Below are positions 12,565-23,320 of a stretch of 38,981 bases of DNA, piece after piece; positions within the stretch are counted from its first letter, which is position 1; every line of letters begins with the position of its first letter. Location of the stretch: assembly GCA_013265495.1 (NCBI GenBank), contig MU058591.1:248001-286981 (forward strand), given 5' to 3'. The position numbers were made by a program, and so were the translations under genes. This DNA comes from Vicugna vicugna. Taxonomy: Eukaryota. Below the pieces are notes generated by a model. It did not search any database and was not told where the DNA came from. It saw only the letters and a program-made list of their open reading frames with translations.

Positions 12565-13039
12565 CTGAAACTGTTCAACATTCAAAACATCAAAACATTT
12601 TGAAAGACGTTACTAAAAAGATGTTAAAACTTCTGTATAATTGTCCATTATTCTCAAGTTTCAGTCTTCCATGCAGTCTGCCTAGACCAGTAGGGCGAAG
12701 TCAGCCGGGACCACTTACTACACACCAGCAGCCGAAAACCCATTTCGCTATCTTCCACTGACCTAATAATAGGAAGATCCTTTGTAGAAACTCTTCCTTA
12801 AATTTCACAGGGAATGACTTTCCTGAACATTTTGTATTCCCCCCCCCCCAACTAACTCAAGACTGGTTTTCTCATAGCAGTTCTTCAATACCCACCTAAC
12901 CCTGCAATGAAAAGTGATAAATAGTTCAAATTTAACACCATTACCATCTGAAGGCAATGACACAACATCTTATAAGCACTATGCTATACAAAGCCCCTCA
13001 GTCTGGAAGGTGCTCTCACATAATTCTGTTGGCTCTACC

Positions 13040-13190
13040 CAATTCTGAAGAAGGAAGGGTAAGCTTTACTGACCTCATTTTCATATGTGAAAAAACTTAA
13101 GGCTCAGAGAAGTTGAGTGACTTGCCCAAGGACACATGCTTTGTCAGGAAGAGCTAGACAGTCTGATCTCCCTCACTGGCTGCTTTCAAG
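13040..13190 (-). mobile_element. MIR SINE remnant
   Basis: ctcattttcatatgtgaaaaaacttaaggctcagagaagttgagtgacttgcccaaggacaca is the reverse MIR core. Confidence 0.75.
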
Positions 13191-13277
13191 TACGACTTCT
13201 CCCCATCCCCTCAGAAGATGGCCATCCCCCAACATCTTCTTCTATTAGCCAAAATTCCTTTTCAAACCAGAGACTGG

Positions 13278-13428
13278 GGAAAGGAAATCAAAAAATACTT
13301 TGGGACAAATGAAAATGAAAACACAACCATTCAAAACCTCTGGGACGCAGCAAAAGCGGTTCTAAGAGGGAAGTTTATAGCAATACAAGCTATGAAGCTG
13401 CTTCTCAGGAAACAAGAAGAATCTCCAA
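13278..13428 (+). mobile_element. L1 ORF2 internal fragment
   Basis: Translates to [37 protein letters not shown], the conserved segment just after the L1 ORF2 endonuclease domain. Confidence 0.9.
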
Positions 13429-14766
13429 CCGAAGATTAGGAAGAACCCCAATCAATTTTCTAAGAGATTAAAAACAAAAACAAAAACAAAAATACCACAA
13501 CCACACAGCAGCATTCCATCTGAGTGTCCTTCCAACACGACTCACTCCCACTTTGTTTCATAAGTTAAAAAAAAAAAAGACTACACTATACCCAGATGCT
13601 TATTATGCCAAGCAAAGTGAACGAGAAATAATTCCTAAAACAAATGATTTAAAATTTGATAAAATAGTTTTACTATACACAACAATTAATTTCAAAAATC
13701 CAAACAGTGTATTACTACTTACTATATGGACAGTGAAAACTTTTAGAATTTCTAAAGTGGAAATACTTGGGGAAAGTACAGAAATGCATTAACTTCTTTT
13801 TTTTCAAATGCATAAACTTTTCTTGACATAACTCTATAATTCAAAATTATGAGACTGACGCGCTGCCTGCTGTGCTAAGAAGGCACTAATTCAAAACTAA
13901 ATTTGCAATAGAAATGCTCTTAAATTGGCCCCAGAAAAAATTAATCCTCTCTTAACACTTCAAAGATTCTTCCTATTCAAAAACTAAGCTAAAATATATT
14001 AACTTTCTCCCTCACCCTTTGTTTTTTATATTGCTCAGGCAAAATAAAATGGATTAACTTTTGAAATTAAAATGCTGAACAAGAATCTCATTGTCCTAAC
14101 CTCACAGCACACGGTCATTATAACCTGCGGGGTAAGGAAGTCAATGGACCACACTGAGCTAAGGAAAGCAGGAAGGGAGCACAGCACAAGTCTAACTGTC
14201 CAAGTTCAAATGTTGGCTCGCTGGGACCTGGGGCTTATTATTAACCTACCTGTGCGTCTTATTCCTCACCTAACTCATAGGGTGCTAAGGAAATGAATTC
14301 ATGTGAAATGAAATATGAATACAGTGATAATGCTTAATAAATAACTATTTTGCTTTGACAATAATACATCTTGTATTTTCTGTTAAGTTGTATAAATCCT
14401 GTGGAAATTTAGAATTTTGGCAGAAGAACACTTACTTCGTCTCTAAAGCTACCTCTAACTTACACAGCTGATACTGAGGAGAAAAAGTAGTTGTCAGGTG
14501 CTAAGAGTAACTTCACAAGTGGAGCTTCAAAGAGTTGAGGACCAAGATAAAAGAGTACAATGTTTCTGAAGAGTTGGACTTTAGCCCTGCTCTTTCTCAG
14601 CTGAGGTAAGTATTTATAGAACTTCCTACACTACTCTTACTACTTTATAATCAACGCATCTTCTCTCTTAAGAATTTTCTCCTCTCTGTATTTGGAGAGC
14701 AGTCATGGGAGACGGTGGTCTCCAGTGGGAGAGTCAACTATTCCAACTTCATTCCTTTAAATTAAA

Positions 14767-14810
14767 CCGCCCAGACAAGGCTCTTTCACTTCCCCGCCCA
14801 GACAAGGCTC
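14767..14810. repeat. 17-bp direct repeat with 10-bp spacer
   Basis: ccgcccagacaaggctc at 14767-14783 and 14794-14810. Confidence 0.9.
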
Positions 14811-15339
14811 ATGAGTCTTCCTACTGAACGTTTCGTTTTTCCACTTAGCAAACACACATGTATTGTGTATAATACTCACTTTGCGATTAGAAAAGTAAGA
14901 AATAGTTTTAAATGATACAATCTTAAAATTATAAAGTTCACTTTTGAGAAGGGAAAAAATGCATTTAAAGGAAAAAACAATACATAGCAATTACTCAAAT
15001 GAGAAATTTATAGGAAATTGAGTCATTCTTTAATGTCAAATTTACTGAGGACATTTATTAGATTCTGTTTATATAATTAATGCAATAGTGAATTCCAAAG
15101 ACAGCCATAAAATTAGTCTAAAAATGCAAAATGGAAATACTCTCATTTCCTTTTGTTGTTATAAAATACTTAATAAGCCAATTTAAATTGTATAATTGAA
15201 TGTTTCTATGACAATCTCTTTTTTTAAAAAGCAATATAATAATGTCCTTCTATTACACAGAAGTCAATTTGTAAAAACATATTCCAGTTCTAAATTCTTA
15301 CCAATTTATTTGTCTACTTTAGGGGGATTCTCCGGTTGG

Positions 15340-15570
15340 AAAGAGACAGTGCTGACAATACTGTATTATATTTTTGAAATTTGCTAAAACAGTAGATATT
15401 AAAAGTTCTCATCACAAGAAAAAAGCGCTTGCAACTATGTGAGGTGATGGATGTTAACTAAACTTATGTTAGTCATTTCTATATACATATATATATAAAG
15501 TATGTATCAAATCATATGTACACCTTTAATACAATGTTTTATCAGTCATATCAATAAAACTGGGAAAAAA
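15340..15570 (+). mobile_element. L1MA-type 3' end
   Basis: aatactgtattatatttttgaaatttgctaa...ttctcatcac...aactatgtgaggtgatggatgttaacta...tcaataaaactgggaaaaaa. Confidence 0.8.
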
Positions 15571-15685
15571 TGGTAGCAAAATAATAACATAAAAGTGCAT
15601 ATATTTCTACTGTCTACAAATGCTAGCCTGTTACAGAAGTCATACATTATTGTTTATGTTGCCTGCTACACAATCATTTGTTTGT

Positions 15686-15836
15686 GGGTTTTTTTTTTAG
15701 TTTTTTGCGGGGGTGGGGAGGAAGGTAATTAGGTTTATTTACTTATATTTAATTTGTTTTTTTAATGGAGGTACTATTGGGGATTGAACCCAGGATCTCG
15801 CATGTACTCTGCCACTTGAGCTATACCCTCTCCCCC
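15686..15836 (-). mobile_element. Camelid-type tRNA-derived SINE (Vic-1-like), internally deleted
   Basis: Reverse strand has gagggtatagctcaagtggcagag (A box), gggttcaatccc (B box), aaacctaattacc and an A-rich tail; degenerate TSD a(c/t)aatc(a/c)tt(t/c)gttt. Confidence 0.85.
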
Positions 15837-16622
15837 ATAATCCTTCGTTTTTAATTAACAATAATGCTATTTGCTATGTAGTCAAATCACATGAAATGTT
15901 CATTAACAGCTACAGAACTTCAGGGCTGAAAGAAACAAAAATTTAAGGATTTTTACTTTTAACTGTAGAAATTTTAAATTACGGGTCATTTTCCTTTCAT
16001 TCTAAATGAAGCTTTTTAAAAATCCATTTTATGAATCTATCTTATGAATGCCTTCAGTAATTAACATTCCTTCATACATTAAACAACCCACATTCTCTAT
16101 TTACATTCTATTTACTCAAATAAATCAAAACTTAAAAAGTTAAAATTCAATTTCCTCAAAACATTTAAATATTGACTACCAATTTAAACTTTTTCAATAC
16201 TTAATTAAAATCACACTTTCCTAAATGCTTTAAGCACTCAAGGAACACAAAAAAAAAACCATACACATAAAATCATAATTATAAGCTTACACTTAAACTA
16301 AAACAAGTGAAAAAGCGCTAATTCCACGGTTTAAATTTCATATTCGTTAGTATTTTATTGCTGTTCTTATTCATCCTGCTTTTTACTTTCTTAATTGTCT
16401 AATTTAAATATATATATAAATGTCGATAGAACAGCATAACGAATCCTTATTTCCCTATTACACAACTGAACAATTATTAGCTCAGGGCCAGTTTACAGTT
16501 TCTTCTATATCCCTCACTCACTCCCCAGCTTACTTCCAGATTATGAAGCAAATTCTAGGTACTATTATTTTAGATGGAACTTTTAAGTAGGTGTAGAAGA
16601 AAAAGGGAAAGAATTAAAACTA

Positions 16623-16698
16623 TTAGGTTGAACCATATGAAAATGACTTTCTGGTAGGTGCAAAATGATAAAAGAGTCATTTCACATGGTTTGGCCTA
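16623..16698. mobile_element. MADE2-like Mariner MITE
   Basis: ~76-bp imperfect palindrome ttaggttgaaccatatgaaaatgac...gtcatttcacatggtttggccta. Confidence 0.8.
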
Positions 16699-16929
16699 GC
16701 AGAGTTGTAAAAACAAAAGGGCTCATCAATGATTACGGTACATGATTTTCAGATTTCATATGCCATTAGATCTGGGAAAAATAAAGTGATTAATATCTAA
16801 TTAGTAATTTTATCATAAAACATGTAAATTAAAAAATCCAAATTCAAAAGTGGTATTAAGATACACAGCAGATCAATTTTTCCTTCAGATTGCTTATTAA
16901 ATAAAAATCCTAACTATACTGATGAACAG

Positions 16930-17180
16930 ACGTCATCATACACATTCAGGTAAACCCATACACGGTACACCACCAAGAGTAAACTGTAATATAAACGAGG
17001 GATTCTGGGTGATTACAGTGTAGGTTCATCAACTGTAACAAATGCATCACTTTGGTGGGAGATGCTGATAATGGGGGACAGGCTGTGTGACTGAGGAGGA
17101 ATAGGCGGTATACGAGGAATCTCTGCAACTTCCCCTCAATTTTGCAGTGAACCTAAAGCTGCTCTGAAAAAAGGTCTTAA
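16930..17180 (+). mobile_element. L1MC-type 3' end
   Basis: gtgtaggttcatcaactgtaacaaatgcatcactttggtgggagatgctgataatgggg...gaacctaaagctgctctgaaaaaa. Confidence 0.8.
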
Positions 17181-17192
17181 TAGTAGTAATTT

Positions 17193-17333
17193 GGGGGTCA
17201 GGAGGGTATAGCTCAGTGGTAGAGGGTATGCTTAGCATGCATGAGGTCCTGGGTTCGATCCCCAGTACCTCTGTTAAAAGAAAGAAAGAAAAAAAAAAAT
17301 CTAATTACCTTCCACCCAAGGGGAAAACAGTAA
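17193..17333 (+). mobile_element. Camelid-type tRNA-derived SINE (Vic-1-like)
   Basis: ggagggtatagctcagtggtagag...gaggtcctgggttcgatccccagtacc, A-rich tract, ctaattacc; 15-bp TSD taata(gt/ac)agtaattt at 17178-17192 and 17334-17348. Confidence 0.9.
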
Positions 17334-17550
17334 TAATAACAGTAATTTTTTAAAAATCCTATGATCAGCATTTTCTTATTAAAAAACCCTCTTAATTATT
17401 TAATCAGGGTTTTATAATAGATCTATACTAGTCGTTACATTTATTCTAATAAAACTAAGGGAGAGATCTTATTTTATACATTAAAGAAAACCTTGGCTCA
17501 CAGAATCACTTGTACAAAAGTACCGATCTGCTATAAATAAAAGTCATCAC

Positions 17551-17690
17551 CTCTTCTTCTGGTTCATTGACTTCACTTTCATTTCCAGATTGTTCTTCTG
17601 TTTCAGCTCCTCCTTCTTCTTCTTCTTCATCCTCTTCAAGATTTTCTCCTTCTGTCATAGAGTCTTTTGAGTCTTTGTCATTTACTAGGC
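17551..17690 (-). CDS. UPF2: UPF2 exon ~16 (140 nt, G-LVNDKDSKDSMTEGENLEEDEEEEEGG...EPEEE), acidic linker
   Basis: Acceptor ttctcctcaag|GC, donor GAG|gtgatg; phase 1/0 fits both neighbours; read by hand. Confidence 0.94.
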
Positions 17691-20600
17691 CTTGAGGAGA
17701 AAATGGAAAAATACATTAAAAAAAAAGACAGCGACAAGTTTTCCACAGTGACTATTATACCAAGTCATTTAAAGTACATATTAAGTAAGAAAACTCAACA
17801 GCCATGTTCTCAGAATAATAAAATAACAGAATTCAAAACTATTTTGAGAAATATTTTAAAAACTACATAGGGAGACCATTTCAACAAAGGAGCACTGATA
17901 CATTTCTTAACCACTAAAAAAAAAAAAGTTTTTCTTTTCTCAGAGCTTCAAACTGTTTACCTCAGTCTCAGATGTACGAAGGCAAACAGTAGCAGCACTT
18001 AAGGTGCAGCCTCAGCCACATAAATAAAACGAAGCCCTGGTCACACCTTTTATCAAATGATATTTCAACAATCTCTAAAAACTCAAAGACACCGTTATGT
18101 CACTTTAATGGAGAAATCACATTTGGCTGTCAATTTGAATGTCTGCAAATTAAGACCGAGGGAAGGAGGCAGACTAGCAGCTGTGTCACCACAGATCTTC
18201 TTCCTTCCTTCAGTAACAGCGTTTTCCTCCCAACGGAACTCCCCAGCTAGCACCTGCCTCCACCTCCCCTCGTTCATCCACATTTCACTGCCGAGTCAAT
18301 TCTTTGTCACCACGAATTCCAAGCTACTCTCCCACTTTCAAGATGCACATAACATGGCCTCATCTGATCCGACTTTCCCCCACACTCCCTAAGCCTAAGC
18401 CTTGTCCTGTAGCTGGTCAGACTCTTCCCTGTCATAAAGCACACTAATCTTGGAATCTTGCTAAATACACTTCTCAACACAGAATATCCTTCACTATGCA
18501 CTTTCAAATCCTATACAATCTTCAACTTCAGTTTTACTTCCTGCATAAACTCACTGAGTCTTACTTTCTCTCCTACTTGCTCCTAAACGCTTGGGGAACT
18601 GATTACAGCACTTAACATTTAAGGATACACCATGTAATCCTTTTTCTGATGATTTCAATACATGTTACATCAGGTTATAAGACCCTTGAGGACACAAAAC
18701 TTCTTTTTAAATATTCAGAACTTACTAGAGGCCATATATTGATAAATACACAGTAGGTGTTTAGTAAATACTTGTTTATTTATAGAATCTTAGACAATTA
18801 GAGCAGACAGAAATTTTAGTGATGATGTGACTTACCCCTTTGATTTTTATGAGGTATACTGAAGCCCAGAAAGTCTGAATAACTAACACAACCAACAAAA
18901 GCAAAAAATGACTCTAGTATCTTAAGTCTAAGCAATTAAGAACCGACAAAAATACAGACGCAGAGTGATTAAAATAGGTACGTTTAAGTTTGGAGATTTA
19001 AAAAAAATGAGAAAAGATGAATGAAGCTCAGAGAGATCTATTTTAAAAGGAAAATAATACTGAGGAGAAAAGCTGCTATCTCAGATTGAGACTCCATTCA
19101 CTTACTGTATTTTTTAATACAGGTTTTCAGAAGCAAAATATTGGGCTGTTATTCACATTATCAAAGGTAAAAAATTTAAACTCAGGATTGTACATATCTA
19201 AGCATTCTCAATAAAAATACCACAGTGCTGATAAACTCACATGGCCTAATATATCACTATACCCTTTTTGATAGCCACTTAAAAATATGTATCATGGGAA
19301 GAACTCCGATGGATAAGTAGCTCTATTTTGATAGCCATACTTCTAATTTGTAAGGAAAATGCATACTATTTCTAACACATTTTCATTTGCACTGCAAGTT
19401 AGTTTCAAAAACAGTTTATATATTTTGCATTTGCTAAACTGTATAATAAACCATTCACTTGCTGACCTCTGGGACACTGTCAATCTGAAATAAACAATGC
19501 AGATAAAAATGTACACATAAAGGATAGAGGGTTAACAACATGCAAAATCCAGACAATAAAATATTTAAAATGTGTTTCAGAATGAAGTGTCCTTGGAGAC
19601 CAAAATCAATTACTGTTCTCTTGATTTTGGGCTGCTTGGTGCCTCAGGTTTCCTACTCACAACAGACACAGTAACAATTGTCATACTTCCTTTCAGTTAG
19701 CTTTTATTTACATTTCTCTGTTCACTAGAAATGTTGACTATTTCCCCCACATACTTCATAGTGAGAAAGAGCAGTCTTTGAATTCTAGTTCGATCGGTTA
19801 ACCCGGTGTTTTAATTTGGGCTTTACATAATTCACCTGTCAAATATGAGCAACATTACCTTCCACTTTAATTTTGGCAAACAGCCAATGCTCAATAAAAA
19901 TACCAGCTCTTCCTGTCCTCCCTCATTTGATTACGTCATGTTCACTTATCTATTGGGTGTTCTATTTATGACCAATTGGTCTGTGCTCTTTATGCAAGTG
20001 AAAATATCCTGGCACAGAAAGTATTTTCACTTCAATTCTAGCTATTTTTTTCCACTGTACAAAAGTTTTAAACACCAAATCGGCCTATGTATGTGTGCTT
20101 TCTTCTACTGTTTTAAAATTTAGGAAAATTAACGTCTCTTCAAATATTTGATGATTAGATATACTTTTAACTTGCAGACAATAAATACTGAACTCTTTAC
20201 TCCATCTGGAGTTTGATGATGTAAGATGTGGCTGTATATCAACTTCCCTTGAAATGCTAAACTGCTGCCCTCATCCTGTTATTAGGATTCCTATTTCATC
20301 ATATACTACATTGCTTTGTATTTAATTGGGGCAAATTCTGAGCCTTTTATTCTACTGATTTTATTTCTAATTTATGAAATACACTCTTCTGCTTTAAAAT
20401 GTAATTTATTCACATGACTTCTTTTTCCACTTCTATTCCCCCATTTTTGTTCCTTATATTATAATATAATCTAGAGCCTCCAAACTGGAATTAAATTACA
20501 TTGCCTATTATCATTTTGGCTTTGTTCCTAAATTTAAAGATAATGTCTTAGAGCCAGTAATTCTATCTATCCTGAGAAAACCAAGATACACACAAAAATA

Positions 20601-21029
20601 ACATCATAACGTTATTTTTAGTGATGCAAAATTGGAAGTAACCTAAGTGTCAAACAACAGAACACATTCATACAAAGGAATATAGCAGTTTTTTAAAAAA
20701 GATTTAGAAAAATGTATCATGTCAGGAAAAAATTTTATTAAATAGAAAAAAAATCCAGTTATAAAACTGCAAACATCTGGGAAAAACTTTTTAATAGAAG
20801 AACATTTATCAAAATGTTAACACATGATTATCCTTGTATATGAAATATCAGAGATTTTTGTTTTCTTGGCATTTTTCAAAATTTCTACCATGAACACCTT
20901 ACTACTTATAATAATACTAAAAAGGTTTAAAAATATAAGAAAATGTTTTTTTAGAGCTTTCCCATTATGTTAGCATTGGGTTGCTGTAAAATTAAAAAGA
21001 TAATGAATTTGCAAGTGCTTGAAAAAAAA

Positions 21030-21312
21030 NNNNNNNNNNNNNNNNNNNNNNNNNNNNNNNNNNNNNNNNNNNNNNNNNNNNNNNNNNNNNNNNNNNNNNN
21101 NNNNNNNNNNNNNNNNNNNNNNNNNNNNNNNNNNNNNNNNNNNNNNNNNNNNNNNNNNNNNNNNNNNNNNNNNNNNNNNNNNNNNNNNNNNNNNNNNNNN
21201 NNNNNNNNNNNNNNNNNNNNNNNNNNNNNNNNNNNNNNNNNNNNNNNNNNNNNNNNNNNNNNNNNNNNNNNNNNNNNNNNNNNNNNNNNNNNNNNNNNNN
21301 NNNNNNNNNNNN
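21030..21312. other. Assembly gap (283 N)
   Basis: Run of N following a poly-A tract in the intron between exons ~15 and ~16. Confidence 1.
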
Positions 21313-22320
21313 CTACTGCTGCTGGGTGTCAAACTACTATTTCCTCATGCCCATTATACAGAGACTGCCGTTCACAAAGGTTTTGGGGAAACAAGACTAA
21401 GACTCAACTAGTTTAAAGTATCTGCAGTAAATGAAATGAGTAGGTAGATAAATAAACACTGCTTGAAATAACCATTTTATACAATTAGAAATCTGAACAG
21501 GAAAAGAAGGTAACGGGACAAAGTGCAAAGAACAAAAAGAATTGCTTATGTCTCTATGGGTTGCACAATCAGAAGTGCCTTTGAAAATAACACTCAAATG
21601 GACAACAGCAATCATATTCTCCAGGAGAGGATTTACTTTTGGAGAAAGAAACCCTGTTAATATGCTGGATATAATATGAAATAGTAGTTTTAGAGGAAAA
21701 GAATCACCAATGCCTTTGTCATGAAAAGTGGTTTTTCAGATATGCAACACAGTAAATTTATACAATTAGTATAACTGGTCCAGGTACGAATCTCCTAATA
21801 ATCTCGTAATAAAATGCTAGCTCATAGGCTGAAACATGTGTCACTCTGAAATGACTGCAATACAACGTGCTAAGAACGGTGAGCAGAGCAAACCAGACTG
21901 ACAAGGCCCCACCGTGCTCCAGTTACTTTCACTGGCAAGGCCAGTCCGCTCCTCAGCCCCTGAGGAAGCCGTTCAAATGCTAACTCTTCCTCCAGAACGA
22001 CCTCAGACGGATACTGAGAAAGAGCCAGACCAATCCCCCTGCAGCACGTTTCTTGCATTTTCTCTAGTCCTTAGAAAAGACACAACCCCCTCACTATTGT
22101 CTGCTTCGGTCTTACATGCCTGTTTTCAGCCAATTGGGGATTATTTAATGAAACCAAGAAGTGCGCCACCCAGGTCTCACCTAACACTATTACGTGACAC
22201 TCAGCATCAAAAACAGAAAGTATACAGAAGTAGATGCTGACGAGAAACATTATAAAGCAAGTTCTAACAACAATCTGCCAAACACCATCTCGATTCTTCT
22301 CTCTGTAGTTCACTGCTTAC

Positions 22321-22504
22321 CCAGTTTTATTAAGAACTCTCGCTCCAAGGCGTGTACCTGCCTGATGGACTCTTCCAGAGAATTACACAGTTTGATCTTC
22401 GGTCTTAGCAGTTCTAGGCTGTCACTGGTCGTGTAATCTATGTCAACAGGAAATGGATGATCTTTCCTCCAAACCTCCAAACTTTTCTTCCACCAAACAT
22501 AACG
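22321..22504 (-). CDS. UPF2: UPF2 exon ~15 (184 nt, RYVWWKKSLEVW...EREFLIKL-G), end of MIF4G-3
   Basis: Acceptor ttgttctcag|CGT, donor CTGG|gtaagc; phase 0/1; matches ORF 22310..22537. Confidence 0.95.
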
Positions 22505-23179
22505 CTGAGAACAAATGGAAAATAAATTTAGCTGCAAGAAATTCGTAGCAGAATATTTTAAAATAACAGTCTGTATTGGGACATCACCTACTTATACATG
22601 ATAAGGAAGCTAGAGTTGTACAAGACACCAACCACTTTTATTAGTGGTCAACAGCAATGATCCTAGGCCATTTATTCCCCTCCATCCATGTAGTTTCTAA
22701 GCCATCTGGTGACTTTAAATATACTTTTTATTATAATGGTCATAATCTTTTTACAAAGGCAAGGAAAAACTATAAATAAATAAAATACCAAACAAATTTT
22801 TAGGTTCTGAAAACAGAAACTCTACTCCCAAATAGGGTTTAAATATTTAACAACAGCAACAAAAAAACCCAATTCAAGGCCATGGTTTTGATAAATTTTA
22901 ATTACTTTCTCTATACTACCTGCTTTGATTTTTTTTAAAGGTCAATTAAAGTATCTGAAGACAGGTTCCTGAATACATAAAAATCAGTAACCAACAAGCA
23001 TTTATTAAACATCTACTGTGTATATGGCACTGTTTAGATACTCTCCCTCTCTTCTCCGGGCCTGGTTCCTTCAATCTATTTCACAAGTTTACCTTAACTA
23101 AAAAAGCACAACCCAAGAATTTACTTGCATATAACCAAGTGTTGCTCTGGGTGTTTAATCGTCCTCTCCAGTTTCTTCT

Positions 23180-23320
23180 AGGTCCTTGCTACTCAAAGTA
23201 TGGGAACCGGGAGCTTGTTAGACATACAGAATCTTAGGCCCCCACCCTAGACCATAGTCTGCATTTTACAATATACCCAGGCGATGTGCATGCACACTGA
23301 AGTTTAGAAGCACCACTGCA
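23180..23320. mobile_element. MER5A-like hAT-Charlie MITE
   Basis: gctactcaaagt...gggagcttgttagacatacagaatcttaggccccc...tctgcattttacaa...gcacactgaagtttagaagcac. Confidence 0.8.

Noticed and set aside
12839..12849. C11 homopolymer (G11 in the pre-mRNA) upstream of exon 17
   Set aside because: A single mononucleotide run ~275 nt from the acceptor, with no evidence of function.
14767..14810. Repeat-spacer-repeat pattern resembling a mini CRISPR array
   Set aside because: Only two 17-bp copies with a 10-bp spacer, in a eukaryotic intron; a simple local duplication explains it.
16623..16698. Hairpin resembling a pre-miRNA
   Set aside because: Explained by a palindromic MADE2-like MITE; no expression evidence is available.
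17193..17275. tRNA-Ala-like genes (also at 31539, 35880-35954, 15770-15836, 36930-37005)
   Set aside because: They have A/B boxes but also A-rich tails, shared non-tRNA 3' sequence and target-site duplications, so they are SINEs.
18825..18842. Strong donor-like GGG|GTAAGT on the minus strand
   Set aside because: It lies in MIR-like sequence and I could not pair it with a convincing acceptor; such decoy sites are frequent.
20967..21416. 120-149 aa ORFs in the track
   Set aside because: Artefacts of translating through the N gap.
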